Shown here piece after piece: positions 37,918 to 50,735 of a DNA stretch of 64,000 nucleotides (within the stretch, counting starts at the first letter, position 1; each line of letters begins with the position of its first letter). Below the pieces are notes generated by a model that worked only from the letters and a program-made list of their open reading frames with translations, ran no database searches and was not told the DNA's origin. Both the position numbers and the translations under genes were made by a program. The DNA comes from Octopus vulgaris (taxonomy: Eukaryota): the NCBI GenBank assembly GCA_951406725.2, contig OX597814.1, positions 129,084,001 to 129,148,000 on the forward strand, read 5' to 3'.

Positions 37918-38079
37918 TACACATGATGTTTAATCATGCTGTTTGACATACCTCATGGCAATCTTTGACTGCCATATGGGTGGAAGGAGGGAGAAGAGTA
38001 TGAATATGACAAGTGCTGGTAATAAGGAGTTTGAAAAGTTGTAAGTTAGTGTACTACACACACACACACACACGCACAC

Positions 38080-38115
<36 letters not shown>

Positions 38116-38789
38116 CAGAGAAAGTAGTTGAGCAGGGTAGGTAGAGGGTCCTTCTATGAAAGACCGAGTTTAATATTTGGAGTGTAGTGCATGTAGTTTA
38201 AGTAGAGAAACATGTAAGGCATGTAAGGGTGAGATGAGAACCTCAAGAACAGAGTGCAATGAGTATGTTTGTGAAGAAAATAGGAACATCTGGCATTTCT
38301 GAAAAGCAGAGTCTGACAGTCTGTTATTATTGTGGCAAAAAGAGAGAGAGAGGTGGTGGAAGGGTACATAGTCCAGCTTATATTTGAAGAATTTAACAAG
38401 TTTCAAGAGACGTCATTTATTGATTAGATGGTTGGAGTTCTTCTAAATATGATCTTGGAAATCACAAATGTCTGTGGTTGGATATACATTAGGACCTTTT
38501 AAAGAGTAGGCAGCTGTTCAAAAGTGCATTTGTACACAATGCTTCTATTAGTATATAAGAGTGTGTGCATTTATATGCACAATTACATTGTGTGCATATG
38601 TATATATGAAGTAAGTACTTTCTTGTGTGCTTGTATGTATATTCATATACAATCCTATTTATATGCATATATAAATGTTCATAAGTGCACCAATGTGCAA
38701 AAAGTAAATGTGCAAATGTGTTTGTATGCACAATTGTTAAAAGAGTGTATATATTCATGAAAAGTGTGCGTGTGTGTGTATATATGTTG

Positions 38790-39114
38790 CCTTACTGGCA
38801 CTTGTGCTGGTGGCACGTGAAAAAAAATTCAAGCGAGGTCGTTGCCAGTGCCGCTGGACTGGCTCCTGTGCAGGTGGCATGTAAAAAGTACCATTTGAGT
38901 GTGACTGTTGCCAGTACTGCCTGACTGGCCCTCGGGCTGGTGGCATGTAAATGCACCCACTACACTCTTGGAGTAGTTGGCGTTAGGAAGTGCATCCAGC
39001 TATAGAAACTCTGATTGGAGCCTGGTGCAGCCATCTGGTTCGTCAGACCTCAATCAAATCGTCCAACCCATGCTAGCATGGAAAGCGGACTTTAAACAGT
39101 GATGATGATGATGA
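38790..39114 (+). mobile_element. RTE-type LINE 3' end (family C, subfamily 2)
   Basis: Triplicated unit, GCAGCCATCTGGTTCG diagnostic, (GAT)n. Confidence 0.85.
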
Positions 39115-39518
39115 TATATACCTGAATCAAAGAACTTGGAAAGTATATGTGTATGCACATGAATGTGTCAACAGTCCCAGTTTATTAAATATTCTTTAAT
39201 TCTTCAGTTCATCAGAACACATCTCATCATCTGGAGGAACTCTACCCATCAACATCTGTTAAGTGTTGGCCTTTGTTTTGAGGATTTGCAGTATTCTCAA
39301 TGTTAGGCCTGTGGGTTGGTGAGGTTGCTTTTTAGGCACCTTAAGTGAAATTTGTCTCAGACTGCAAAGAGCTGGAACAAATATTTCAAGGCATCCAGTC
39401 TCACAATCCTGTTGTTCCATCAATCCACTGGCACCCCTCAAATTATGAAAGGTAGTATTGACTTTGGTTGGATTTGATCTCAGAATTCATAGAGTAAATA
39501 TTTGAATATCAGAATAAA

Positions 39519-39920
39519 TCTATATATATAAAGCTGAAGTTGTCTGTGTGTATGTGGCAGGTTTGGTAGCCTTCAACTAACACTATCTCCTCCGAGACCC
39601 TGTGGCGCAAGTTGACCAAAATTGAAAATATGATAGAAGAAGGCTTACTCTTCATTCCGTTGAAGAAAAAATTCAAATCAGACCATGTTAACACCAAAAA
39701 TTTTTTACATAAAAAGGTGATTTTTTTTTCTATGAAAATCCCTATTTTTTATGATTTTTTGACTGCTGTGTCACCATTTTTTGGTGTATTTCAACCAGGA
39801 AAAATGTTCACTTAAAGAATATAACAAGCTACATAATGCAAAATTTTTACTTTTCTAAAATTCCAATTCTAAATGGTCGAAAAGAAAACAAACCCGAGCA
39901 ATGCTGGGCTATAATGCTAG
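39519..39920 (+). mobile_element. Non-autonomous Helitron
   Basis: A|TCTATATATATAAAG ... CCCGAGCAATGCTGGG hairpin ... CTAG|T. Confidence 0.92.
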
Positions 39921-39964
39921 TATTTTGAAACATTCAGTCTTATGCTCTAACAACTCTCCCAGTT

Positions 39965-40365
39965 AGTTGCTTTATATAAATATCAGTTCCTCTCGTGCTC
40001 TTCGGTACACTGGGCAGCATATTGGCATCACTGGCTTCTGTTGGCTGCATTTTTTTCTACATCCACCCATGTAATATTAACCTTTCATATGTTAGTGATG
40101 AATATTCCGTCCCCTGTAGTTTCCAGTCTACTTCCCTCTTTCTTTTTCCTTCTGGTTGTGTCCATTTAAAAGGTGCTTTAGAATGGCATTGTCCTGGTAA
40201 CTGAAGTATATGACCCGCTTGTTTCAATCTTTGTTTCATGATGCTTTCACTAAGTGGCCTTGTGTTGGTTCTATGTAGAATGTAGAACATCTTCATAAGT
40301 TATGTAGTCTTTCCAGTATGTTCACAGGATCCTTCTCAAACATCTTTGATGAAAAACATTTTGCT
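39965..40365 (-). mobile_element. RTE-like LINE 3' coding fragment
   Basis: ILHRTNTRPLSESIMKQRLKQAGHILQLP...WTQPEGKRKR. Confidence 0.7.
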
Positions 40366-41081
40366 TTCTTTCTGTTTCCACGGTGCTCTCCCATGTTTCA
40401 CAAGCATAGAAAACTTGGTTTTTCTATGTATTTATAGAGCCAGTTCTTTGTATATACACATATATACACACACAAACACGTGTGTGTGTATATATATATA
40501 TATGTATATGCACACATGCACAAACACACACACACACATATGCATGCATACACACACATACACGTATATATTTATATGTGTGTTTATTAATGTTCATTTC
40601 CTAGTTATAACTTTTGTTATTACTTCCAGTAATGCCAAATTCTTTAATTCTGGAATAAATTAGATATGTGGGTGGGGATAGGGGAGAGTGGCACAGAGCA
40701 TAACTATTTTGTTTGGATATTTGGTAATTTGGCATTCCTTACTGAAAAACAAATACAAAAACCATAGCTGACGTTGTCTGCAAAGATATGAGGAGAAAAT
40801 ACAAGTAAAAGAAACAAAATTAATCTAGATTAGATGACGATTCAGGTTCTAGAATGAAGAATATGGTAAACATTTAGCAAAATTAAACAAAGATGACAAA
40901 ACTATTCCATGTGTTCTGTTTCTTATTTTGGTTTGATGGCAAATTAAATGACTTTCTTTGTCTTTTTAATTTCCTCAATTTCCTTTAACACATGCAAACA
41001 ACAAAAGATAGTATCAATCCAGCCTAGAGATTTTAGTATGTGATATGTGTGTGTGTGTGTATATATACACACACACACATA

Positions 41082-41977
41082 TAGGGTGCAATGGGTAAAT
41101 TGTCACCATTTTATATTTTTAATTTTGCAGATGTGCATTGTTTGGTTTTGATTTTGTTGAATACACAGTATAGTAGGGTCAGTTGGGCACCATCTGTGAC
41201 AAAAAAAAACAAAAAAAAGAAAAACCATGATGCAATTCACTCTAGCAGAAATTTGGAAACAACATGCTGTATTGCTTGGTATTCATGCTGGAATTTCCAA
41301 TATGAACATTTTAGAGTGTTTGGGTGTCAATTTAAGAACATTGCAATCTGAGGACAGATACTGAGAGTGATAAAAATCAAACCTCCAGTCAAGATCATGG
41401 TGTTTGGAGTGATCCCAAGTGATGGTGACCTTATGCCTCCATTCATCTCACATGGCCACAGACTCAACATGGAAGCCTACATCATGTACCTGGAGTAGGT
41501 AGTGCTGCCCTGGGTCAAGAGCATAGCTGCTGGAAGACCCTTTGTCTGGCAACAGGACTCTGCACCATGCCATACAAGCAGGAGAACCCAGTCATGGCTG
41601 TCAGACAATTTCTGCAACCACATCGCCCCTAACATCTGGCCACATAACTCCCCAGAGTGCAGCTTCCTTGATTATTATGTGTGGGGTGCAGTTGATAGAG
41701 AGAAAAAAACCCTTGTAACATCAAAGATGAACTAAAGACAAGGATTATGGCAGCATTCACCAACTTAAACAAGGAGATTGTCCAGAAGAGTTGCAGGAGG
41801 TTCCACAGTTGTCTGGAGGCCGTGGTCAAAGCCAATGGCGATTTTTAAAAGTAAATTTACTCTGTAGTATTTCAAGATATTTTTATGTAATTTTGGTAAA
41901 TATATCTGTAAGAATGAGATGTCAATGTCATTTTCATTTTTGCACAATTTAGACAACAGTTTATATACCACACCTTG
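41082..41977 (+). mobile_element. maT (DD37D) Tc1/mariner transposon, deleted; transposase pseudogene
   Basis: FVWQQDSAPCH...WPHNSPECSFLDYYVWG, with 37 residues between the two Asp; degenerate TAGGGTG/CACCTTG termini flanked by TA. Confidence 0.88.
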
Positions 41978-42423
41978 TATGTATATACACACACACACAC
42001 CAGTTTAGCATGGAAGGCACACAAAGACAGTTTACTTTACCTAAACATTTATTATTTAGGGTCAAAATTTCATTACATCACCTGCAACCTGGTCACTGAC
42101 CTGATTCCACTACTTCTCATTTTGTTACAAAAGTGTTGCATTGTTGAAAACCTTGCTGTGATACGGAATTCTGTAATGTGGATCCTATTTCCCCAGCTGA
42201 TGTGTAACATGGAAGTGAATGCAAAAATTTATTTAGTGATGGTCATTCCCACCAAATATAACAATATCTGTTTCAACACATGATTTCACATCAAGAATCT
42301 TGTGAAACAAGTACATAAAACATAGAATGCACAAATCGATGTCTCATTATGGGGTTACACATTATTGTAAGGTTTTTAAAAACAAAATGCTTATATTGTG
42401 TTCACATCCCACAAGAGTCAACT

Positions 42424-42796
42424 ACAGGTGTAGAAGTGGCTGTGTGGTAAGTAGCTTGCTTACCAACCACATGGTACTGGGTTCAGTCCCACTGCATGGC
42501 ACCTTGGGCAAGTGTCTTCTACTATAGCCTCGGGCCGACCAAAGCCTTGTGAGTGGATTTGGTAGACGGAAACTGAAAGAAGCCCGTCGTATATATGTGT
42601 GTATATATATATATATATATTTATATATAAAACCACTATTATGCAAATCAAACAAAGAAAGACTTAATCCAATACATAAAAAATTTATATAAATTAAATA
42701 AATTAAATAAAATTAAGTTAAATTTTTTTTTTTATTTAATTTTATTTAATTTATATAAATTTTTTATGTATTGGATTAAGTCTTTCTTTGTATATT

Positions 42797-42831
<35 letters not shown>

Positions 42832-43029
42832 ATGTTTGTGTGTCTGTGTTTGTCCCTTCAACATTGCTTGACAACCGATGCTGGTGTGTTTACATCCCCG
42901 TAACTTAGAGACCGATAGAATAAGTACTAGGCTTACAAAGAATAAGTCCTGAGGTCGATTTGCTCGACTAAAAGGTGGTGTTCCAGCATGGCCGCAGTCA
43001 AATGACTGAAACAAGTAAAAGAGTAAAAG
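42424..43029 (+). mobile_element. SINE family A with an inverted-repeat insertion in its linker
   Basis: Head to about 42590, tail from about 42830. Confidence 0.88.
42652..42791. repeat. Perfect 51-bp inverted repeat
   Basis: 42652-42702 is the exact reverse complement of 42741-42791. Confidence 0.9.
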
Positions 43030-43484
43030 TGTATTGCCATTTAGTTTCATAGGGTTTATATAGTAATTACAAACCAAAGAATGTGTTGGATTCATTATAA
43101 CTAAGTATATCCTACCTCAATGTGTGTGGCCTTATGCCTACATTAGATGTCAAATTTGTTATGTAAATGTGTTTTGGCTTGTCAGTAAATGTGTTTTGGC
43201 TTGTGTGTATATGTGTGTATTTGTGTGTATGTATAATATTACCTCTGAAATTTGTTCAGTATGGAATGACACTGCTTATATGGTAGTCTTTATCATACAA
43301 TGGTAGTTGTTATCATACAAGCAGTGTCATATATTTCCAACCTTCCATGAAACCTTTTTCCGGTCATGTAAATATTCCCTTGCTTGAAAACAAAGGTTGG
43401 CAACAGGAAGGGCATCCAGTCATAGAAAATCTACCTCAGCAAATTCAGTCTTATTCAAGTACACATAGAGAAATGGGTGGTAAA

Positions 43485-43882
43485 TCTATATATATATATA
43501 AAGCTGAGGTTGTCTGTGTGTGTGTGGCAGGTTTGGTAGCATTCAACTAACACTATCTCCTCTGAGACCCTGCAGTGCAAGTTAACCAAAATTGAGAGTA
43601 TGATACAAGAAGGCTTGCTCTTCCTTCTGTAGAAGAAAAGATTCAAATCAGACCATGTTAACACCAAAAATTATTTACATCAAAAAGGTGTTTTTTATCT
43701 ATGAAAATCCCTATTTTTTATGATTTTTTGACTGCTGTGTCGCCAGTTTTCAGTGTATTTCAACCAGAAAAATGTCCACTTAAAGAGAATAACAAGCTAC
43801 ATAATGCAAAATATTTACTTTTCAAAAATTCCAATTCTAAATGGTCGAAACAAACCCGAGCAACGCCGGGCGATACTGCTAG
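43485..43882 (+). mobile_element. Non-autonomous Helitron nested in a SINE H tail
   Basis: A|TC ... CCCGAGCAACGCCGGG ... CTAG|T; the host (GAT)n tail resumes afterwards. Confidence 0.92.
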
Positions 43883-44989
43883 TTGATGATAATGATGGAA
43901 AATGTTTTTAATGAGTTAGCATGTATATTGTAGAATTTCTATTCAATTTTTTTCTTTTTCTTTACTAAATCCTTTCATTCTTAGTCTTCTGTTGCTCTGT
44001 CTTCTTTTTCTTCTCCCTCCCCTCCTTCTCTCTTTTCATTCGTTCACTCCAACGCCCACTTTCTTCTCTCTCAATATCTTAATTCTCTTTTCCTTATCTT
44101 CATTTAAATCTACACCAGTAGTTATTTTAATTTTATCAACTGTTGTGATTGGTTGACTAACAAAATTAGTTTTAGACCATAAAATCCAGCAACTAAATAC
44201 TCTACAATGTATTTAGTCATCCCTTAATCTACTGCCTTTACCATTTCTTATATCATTTGTCTTTAAAATAACTATCTTATTCCCTTTTCCTTTTTTATGC
44301 TTTCTTCACTCCCCTTTTTATGTTTTTGTTTCCATGCCCCCACCATCTTTAATTGAAAGCAAGGGTGAGAAACGATAGAGATAATTATCTAATGATATAC
44401 AAATTTGTGAGAAAAGCGAAACTGAAATGTGTGAAGGTAATAGTGCTAGTGGAAGAGATGGAGAGAATAGATATTAGAGAGGAGTGAAAGAGAAGAGAAA
44501 GAGATGGCAGAGAGAGATAGAGAGAAAGAAATGAGAAAACAGCTGGTCAGAAGACTGATAGATGTGAGAAAGGGTAAGGATGTTGCCTGTACACGTACAT
44601 GCACAGTAGAGACCAATAGAATAAATGCTAGGCTTACAAAGAATAAGTCCTTGGGTCAATTTCTTTGACTAAAGGTGGTGTTCCAGCATGGCCACAGTCA
44701 AATGACTGAAACAAATAAAAGAATATACATATACATACATATATATATGTGTATATATATATATATATATACATATATATTCCAAGGAATCTAATGCTCT
44801 TAGCTGGCCAGATTGGAGCAATCTCAAGAATAATCAGCTGAAATTGCGAGGATAATCTGGTTCTTGACTGAAGATAGAAAACTTCGAATGACCCATCCTT
44901 GTTTTCTTTGTATCATCTATCTGGATGTTTTGTTGTCCCTTTTTGTATCACCTAGTTGTCTGGATGTTTTGCGTTCTTGTCCCATTTTG

Positions 44990-45027
<38 letters not shown>

Positions 45028-45081
45028 CACTAATATAGATATACTTTCAGACACACACACACACACTATTCACACCAAATG

Positions 45082-45139
<58 letters not shown>

Positions 45140-45460
45140 CAATATATTACATCAGGACACTGTTATATATAGCCTCATCCAAGCTTACTACAGTTGAGGT
45201 GGTGAGCCAGAATGGTTTAATTGAAATTACAACCCAAATGACAAAAAGTCATTAGCATTAATGAAAATTTGTACTCAGTAGGGCAAAGGAGATAACTCTT
45301 AAAAATTTCAATCAAACAAAAATTCAGCTCTAATGGAAATGTGCAAGAGCTGATCATATCAACAAAGGAGAGTGATGTTTGATCTTTAGCAGCTAGGGTG
45401 ACAACTCTAGACAGGTTTCAGTCTTACCAGACTATTTCAGCAAATTAAATAAATAAAATA

Positions 45461-45824
45461 AAACAAGAGCACTCAGGGAATGCAAACCTCTGCCAAGGCA
45501 ACACCAATATTCTCTCAACAATTAACCTAAGATGATTTATAAAATGAGAATTTCTTAAATAAACTCGACTGCTCTCACAAGCAACAATACTAAAAATAAA
45601 CCTGACTGCTCTCAAAAACGAAGTAAAAAAACTGGAAAAATAATCCAGAATGCTTGTCTTGTACTGGATTGATCCCAAAATCTAATTAGTTTGTGCCAGT
45701 CACGAGGTTAAACATCCTTGAAATTTTCGTCCGAATCCATCCAGTGGTTCTTGAGATATCTTGTCCACAGACAAACAAACATGACTGAAAACAAATTATC
45801 TGCCTTCTCTAAGGCGGAGGTAAT
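45461..45824 (-). mobile_element. Helentron-associated non-autonomous element (DINE-1/HINE-like)
   Basis: Minus strand: TTACCTCCGCC subterminal IR, stem-loop, (GTTT/GTCT) microsatellite, partner GGCAGAGGT, 3' hairpin GCATTC..GAGTGC, T-rich target. Confidence 0.8.
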
Positions 45825-46182
45825 AATAATATTTTGTGTAAAGATCAAATGATTAGAAAGATTAAAATGACATTTCAAAATTTCCCAAGTTTACTTTCTG
45901 CAGGAGAAGTATATAGCTAAGTGCAGGTTATACATGAATCACACATACATTTGGTTTTTCACAAGCTTACAGGCTGATCAGACTGGAGCTTATCTCAGTT
46001 TCAATATGTTGATCCAGTCCACTCAGCTGGCAAAAATGAGCAGTACCTGTATTCTAAATTACTCTTTTTGGAGCTTGAATGACATTATGGATATGCATCT
46101 CTGTGGAGTACTCAGCCATTTGCATATTAATTTCACAAGCAGGCTGTTCCATTGATCGAATCAACTGGAACCTTGTCATAAC

Positions 46183-46605
46183 CATCATCATCATTGTTTG
46201 ACCGTGGTCGAGACAATGGAATCTACCATGTTACACCAGACTTCACGGTCCATCATAGCATTATGGAGGTCCTGCTGCTGGATGCCTGTATCTCTGGAGA
46301 TTACATCAGGGTAGGAGAGTATGTGCCCTCTGGTATCGTGAGCATATGGCTTCCAGAGGAGAAGAGTAGAAATTACCTCGTTTTCAGCTCTACAACAATG
46401 TCCAGCAAACTGGACTCTTCTACCTTTCACAAGAGATGATACAGGTGGTAGCCTCCATATATTTGCACTTTGGTTGGATGACGCTTCCACAAGAGATTTT
46501 GAGATCTCATAAGGAGGCGAGTGTAAGTTCCATCCAACCGCCTCTCAAGCTTCTTTGATAACATCCAGGTTTCTGAGCCATATAGTAGAATTGGTTCGAC
46601 TGTAG
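46183..46605 (-). mobile_element. RTE-like LINE 3' end
   Basis: TVEPILLYGSETW...RRVQFAGHC...MMDREVW...stop, then (GAT)n. Confidence 0.88.
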
Positions 46606-46870
46606 GTAGGGATGTTCTAGGGGACACATTGCATACTCTCTCTCCTCCTGAACAGGGTGCCGGTCAATCACAGGGCTAATGTCTGGCTATTGTTCGTATT
46701 CATTTTCAGTCAAGTGGATGTGAAATGAAGTGTTTTGCATAAAGTCTCGGTGTACTGCCTGGGCTGAGAATTGAAACCACAACATTCATGAGTCTAATGC
46801 CCTAATCACTGGGCCACACACCACACATACAACACATATCCCTTTCCTTTCACACCCTCCTTTCTCTCTC

Positions 46871-46985
46871 ACCAACATCAAAGTTAAAGAAACTAAAAGC
46901 AGCAGCAGAAATAGCACCACCACCACCAACATCAAAGTTAAAGAAACTAAAAGCAGCAGCAGAAATAGCACCACCACCACCAACA
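46871..46985. repeat. 54-bp direct tandem duplication
   Basis: ACCAACATCAAAGTTAAAGAAACTAAAAGCAGCAGCAGAAATAGCACCACCACC, two copies. Confidence 0.9.
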
Positions 46986-47321
46986 AACTAGTGACTAGAA
47001 TCGTTGTCAAAGAGGAGGGTAGTTTCATGTGAAACTTGTTACCATATAAAGATCTGTCTCACAATTCAGCGCTATACATGAAAGTGTCGGACATAATGAA
47101 ACTAAATATGATAGCTTAATGAGGTTTCTATAGAAACACAATGACATCTTTTAATTTCTTTCTTTATTTGGCTTCAGCAGACTAGAAAATATCAGAATAA
47201 TAGTTCTATTCCACTTGGATTATATTTACTCCTCTTGATTCTATCAACTGTCCATGTTGATAGGGTTATATAATGCATTTATTCATTGTTGTTATTATTA
47301 TTATTATTACTATTATCTTAT

Positions 47322-47958
47322 AAGGCGGCGAGATGGCAGAAACGTTAGCACGCCGGGCGAAATGCTTAGCGGTATTTTGTCTGCCGCTACGTTCTGAGTT
47401 CAAATTCCGCCGAGGCCGACTTGCTTTCATCCTTTCAGGGTCGATTAAATAAGTACCAGTTACGCACTGGGGTTGATATAATCGACTTAATCTGTGTGTC
47501 TGTCCTTGTTTGTCCCCTCTGTGTTTAGCCCCTTGTGGGTAATAAAGAAATAAGTATTTCGTCTGTCTTTACGTTCCATGTGCAAGTGCTGCTGGTGTTG
47601 ACTTTACCTTTCATCCTTTTGGGGTCGATAAATTAAGTACCAGTGAAACACTGGAGTCAATGAAGTCGACTGTCCCCTTCCCCCAAATTTCAGGTCTTGT
47701 GCCTATAGTAGAAAGGATAATTATTATTATTATTATTATAATATAAGGATGTGTGCTGGCAGAATTGTTAGCACACTGGGTAAAATGCTTAGCGGTATTT
47801 CATCTGTCTTCGTGTTCTAAGTCCAAATGCTGTCAGAGTCGACTTTGCCTTTCATCCTTTCGGAGTCAATAAATTAAGTACCAGTTACGCACTGGGGTTG
47901 ATGTAATCGACTCATCCCCTCCCCCAAAATTTCAGGCCTTGTACATTTAGTAGAAACG

Positions 47959-47999
<41 letters not shown>

Positions 48000-48205
48000 A
48001 GGAGGTGAGCTGGCAGAATCACTATTGTTCTGGGTAAAATGCTAAGCAGCATTTTGTCTGTCTACATTCTGAGTTCAAATTTTGATTTTGCCTTTCATCC
48101 TTTCAGGGTTGATAAAATAAATACCAGCTGAATACTGGGGTTGATGTCATTGACTTAATTCCCACCCTAAATTACTGGCCTTATTCCAAAATTTGAAACC
48201 ATTAT
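47322..48205 (+). mobile_element. Cluster of head-to-tail SINE B copies separated by (ATT)n
   Basis: Heads at about 47322, 47745 and 47999, plus a reiterated body at about 47555. Confidence 0.88.
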
Positions 48206-48215
48206 TATTTTTATG

Positions 48216-48253
<38 letters not shown>

Positions 48254-48560
48254 ATGAAAACTCACAGCTTATTTTGTTGGGTATGATGGAAAGTATCAAC
48301 TATCCACAGCCAGCAGACTAAGGTGACACTTGTTTACTGGTCATGCTTCAAGAACCCAACGAAGAATTCTTGCAGTTCCAAGTAATGCTGATTTTTGTAG
48401 GTGTTCTATCTTCACACTTGCACCGACCTTTTTCAGCCATGCTGGTAGTTGAGTGCTGATACTTCCAAGTGCACCAATCACTAGTGGTATCAACGTCTAC
48501 TCTCTTCATTGACCACAACCGTCGTATTTCCCACTTTAAATCGTCATTGTTGTTTATTTT
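48254..48560 (-). mobile_element. R4/Dong-like (RLE) LINE 3' end with (TAA)n tail
   Basis: DLKWEIRRLWSMKRVDV, then (frameshift) VIGALGSIS...LQKSALLGTARILRWVLEA*, a short UTR and (TAA)n. Confidence 0.8.
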
Positions 48561-49373
48561 TTCTTCTTCTTTCACATTATCCAAGGTGTCCTTTTGTGTT
48601 TTCAAAATGACTAAGTGGATCTGAGAGTGATTTTTGGGTGTTATTCCTAGCCAGCCAATGACCATGCAGAAGCTTACTCATTGATTTACAAAAAAGGAAA
48701 CAAAAAAAAAACCCTTTGCACTACTATTAAAGATTATTAATACTGGTTCCTGTTAGCTTTGAGGATTGTGTTTCTATGAAATAATGTCAGAATCCTAAAT
48801 ATCTGTCCAATTATTATTATTCTCTGAGTGCAAAGAAAAGGGCAGATTGTTGTTTTACATTATAATGTAGTTTATGCTGCTATAGTCAGACTAAGTGGCA
48901 TTTTGATGTTGGAGAATGAGTAACAATAAACAAAGACAACAACCAAACAATACTATAATAAACAAACAATGCAACAGAAAAGCAAAACATTAACTGCTTG
49001 ATGTGAAACTAAACACTTTTTTTTTTTTAGTAGAAACGCCATATTAGAAGCCTGGCTACAACAGAAACGAACAGTAGCCAGGCTTATATATTTATAAAAA
49101 TGTGTGTGTGCAGACACATAGCTATATTGTACTTATATTTACACACATACAAACACATATATTTATTAAAGGAGTTTTGTTTTTCTTGAAGATTTTATAA
49201 AATTAATCTGTCCCTGGGGCTAATAATATTCCCAGTACAGCAAAATCATGTTTCGAAGTTTGTTTAATCTTAAGAAAGTGACGTCCTTGTTTAAAATTTA
49301 TTTATGGTAACAATGGATAAACCTTAGTTTATGCAGTCACCCTAGCACATAAAATTGAATATTCTTGCACACT

Positions 49374-49388
<15 letters not shown>

Positions 49389-49409
<21 letters not shown>

Positions 49410-49816
49410 GGTACAGAAGTAGCTGTGTGGTAAGAAGCTTGCTTCCCAACTACATGGTTCTGGGTTCAGTCCCACTTCGTGGTACCTTGAGCAAGTGTCT
49501 TCTACTATAACCTTGTGCTGACCAAAGCCTTGTGAGTGGATATGGTAAATGGAAACTGAAAGAAGCCTGTCGTATATATATGTATGTATGTATGTATTTG
49601 TTATTTGTGTCTGCGTTTGTCCTCACACCATTGCTTGATAACTGATGTTGGTGTGTTTGTGACCCTGTAATTTAGTGGTTCGGCAAAAAGAGAATGATAG
49701 AATAAGTACTAGGCTTGCAATGAATAAGTCATGGGGTTGATTTACTCGAATAAAGATTGTGCTCCAGCATGGCTGCATTCAAATGACTGAAACAAGTAAA
49801 AGAATAAAAGAATAAA
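49389..49816 (+). mobile_element. SINE family A, full length
   Basis: Head-linker-tail. Confidence 0.88.
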
Positions 49817-49830
49817 AATATGTATATATA

Positions 49831-50232
49831 TCATCATCATCGTCATTTAATGTCCACTTTCCATGCTAGCATGGTTTGGATGATTTGACTGAGGACTGGC
49901 AAACCAGATGGCTGCATCAGGCTCCAATCTTGATCAGGCAGAGTTTCTACAGCTGGATGCCCTTCCTAATGCTAACCACTCAGAGTGTAGTGGGTGTTTT
50001 TACGTGCCACCGGCACAAGGGCTAGTCTGGTGGTACTGGCAACGGCCATGCTCAAATGGTATTTTTTACGTGGTCGAATGTTTTGTTCACATGCCACCAG
50101 CACAAGTTCCAGTAAGGCGACGCTGGTAATGATCACGCTCAAATGGTGCTTTTTACGTGACACTGGCATGGAAGCCAGACAGCTGCTCTGGCAGTGATCC
50201 CGCTTCGATGGTGCTGTTAGCGCTCCACTGGC
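49831..50232 (-). mobile_element. RTE-type LINE 3' end (family C, subfamily 2)
   Basis: (CAT)n plus reverse-complement module with reiterated units. Confidence 0.85.
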
Positions 50233-50371
50233 ACGAATTTGGTTCAATTTTGATTTCACTTGCCCTATCTCAAAATATAAAGAACCAGAACAAATATCGC
50301 CACACATTTTGTCCGATGCTCAAACGATTCTACCAATTCTGCACCATTGTAACATGTACATATAGTCATAA

Positions 50372-50735
50372 AATGGCCCAGTGGTTAGGGCAGCGGACTC
50401 ACGGTCGTAGGATCGCGGTTTCAATTCCCAGACCAGGTGTTGTGAATGTTTATTGAGCGAAAACACCTAAAGCTCCACGAGGCTCCGGCAGGGATGGTGG
50501 TGATCCCTGCTGTACTCTTTCACCACAACTTTCTCTTACTTCCTGTTTCTGTTGTACCTGTATTTCAAAGGGCCGGCCTTGTCACTCTCTGTGTCACGCT
50601 GAATATCCCCGAGAACTACATTAAGGGTACACATGTCTGTGGAGTGCTCAGCCACTTACACGTTAAATTCACGAGCAGGCTGTTCCGTTGATTCGGATCA
50701 ACCGGAACCCTCGTCGTCGTAACCGACGGAGTGCT
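50372..50735 (+). mobile_element. SINE family E with E tail
   Basis: ATGGCCCAGTGGTTAGGGCAGCGGACTC head; tail GGAGTGCTCAGCCACTT...GTAACCGACGGAGTGC. Confidence 0.85.
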
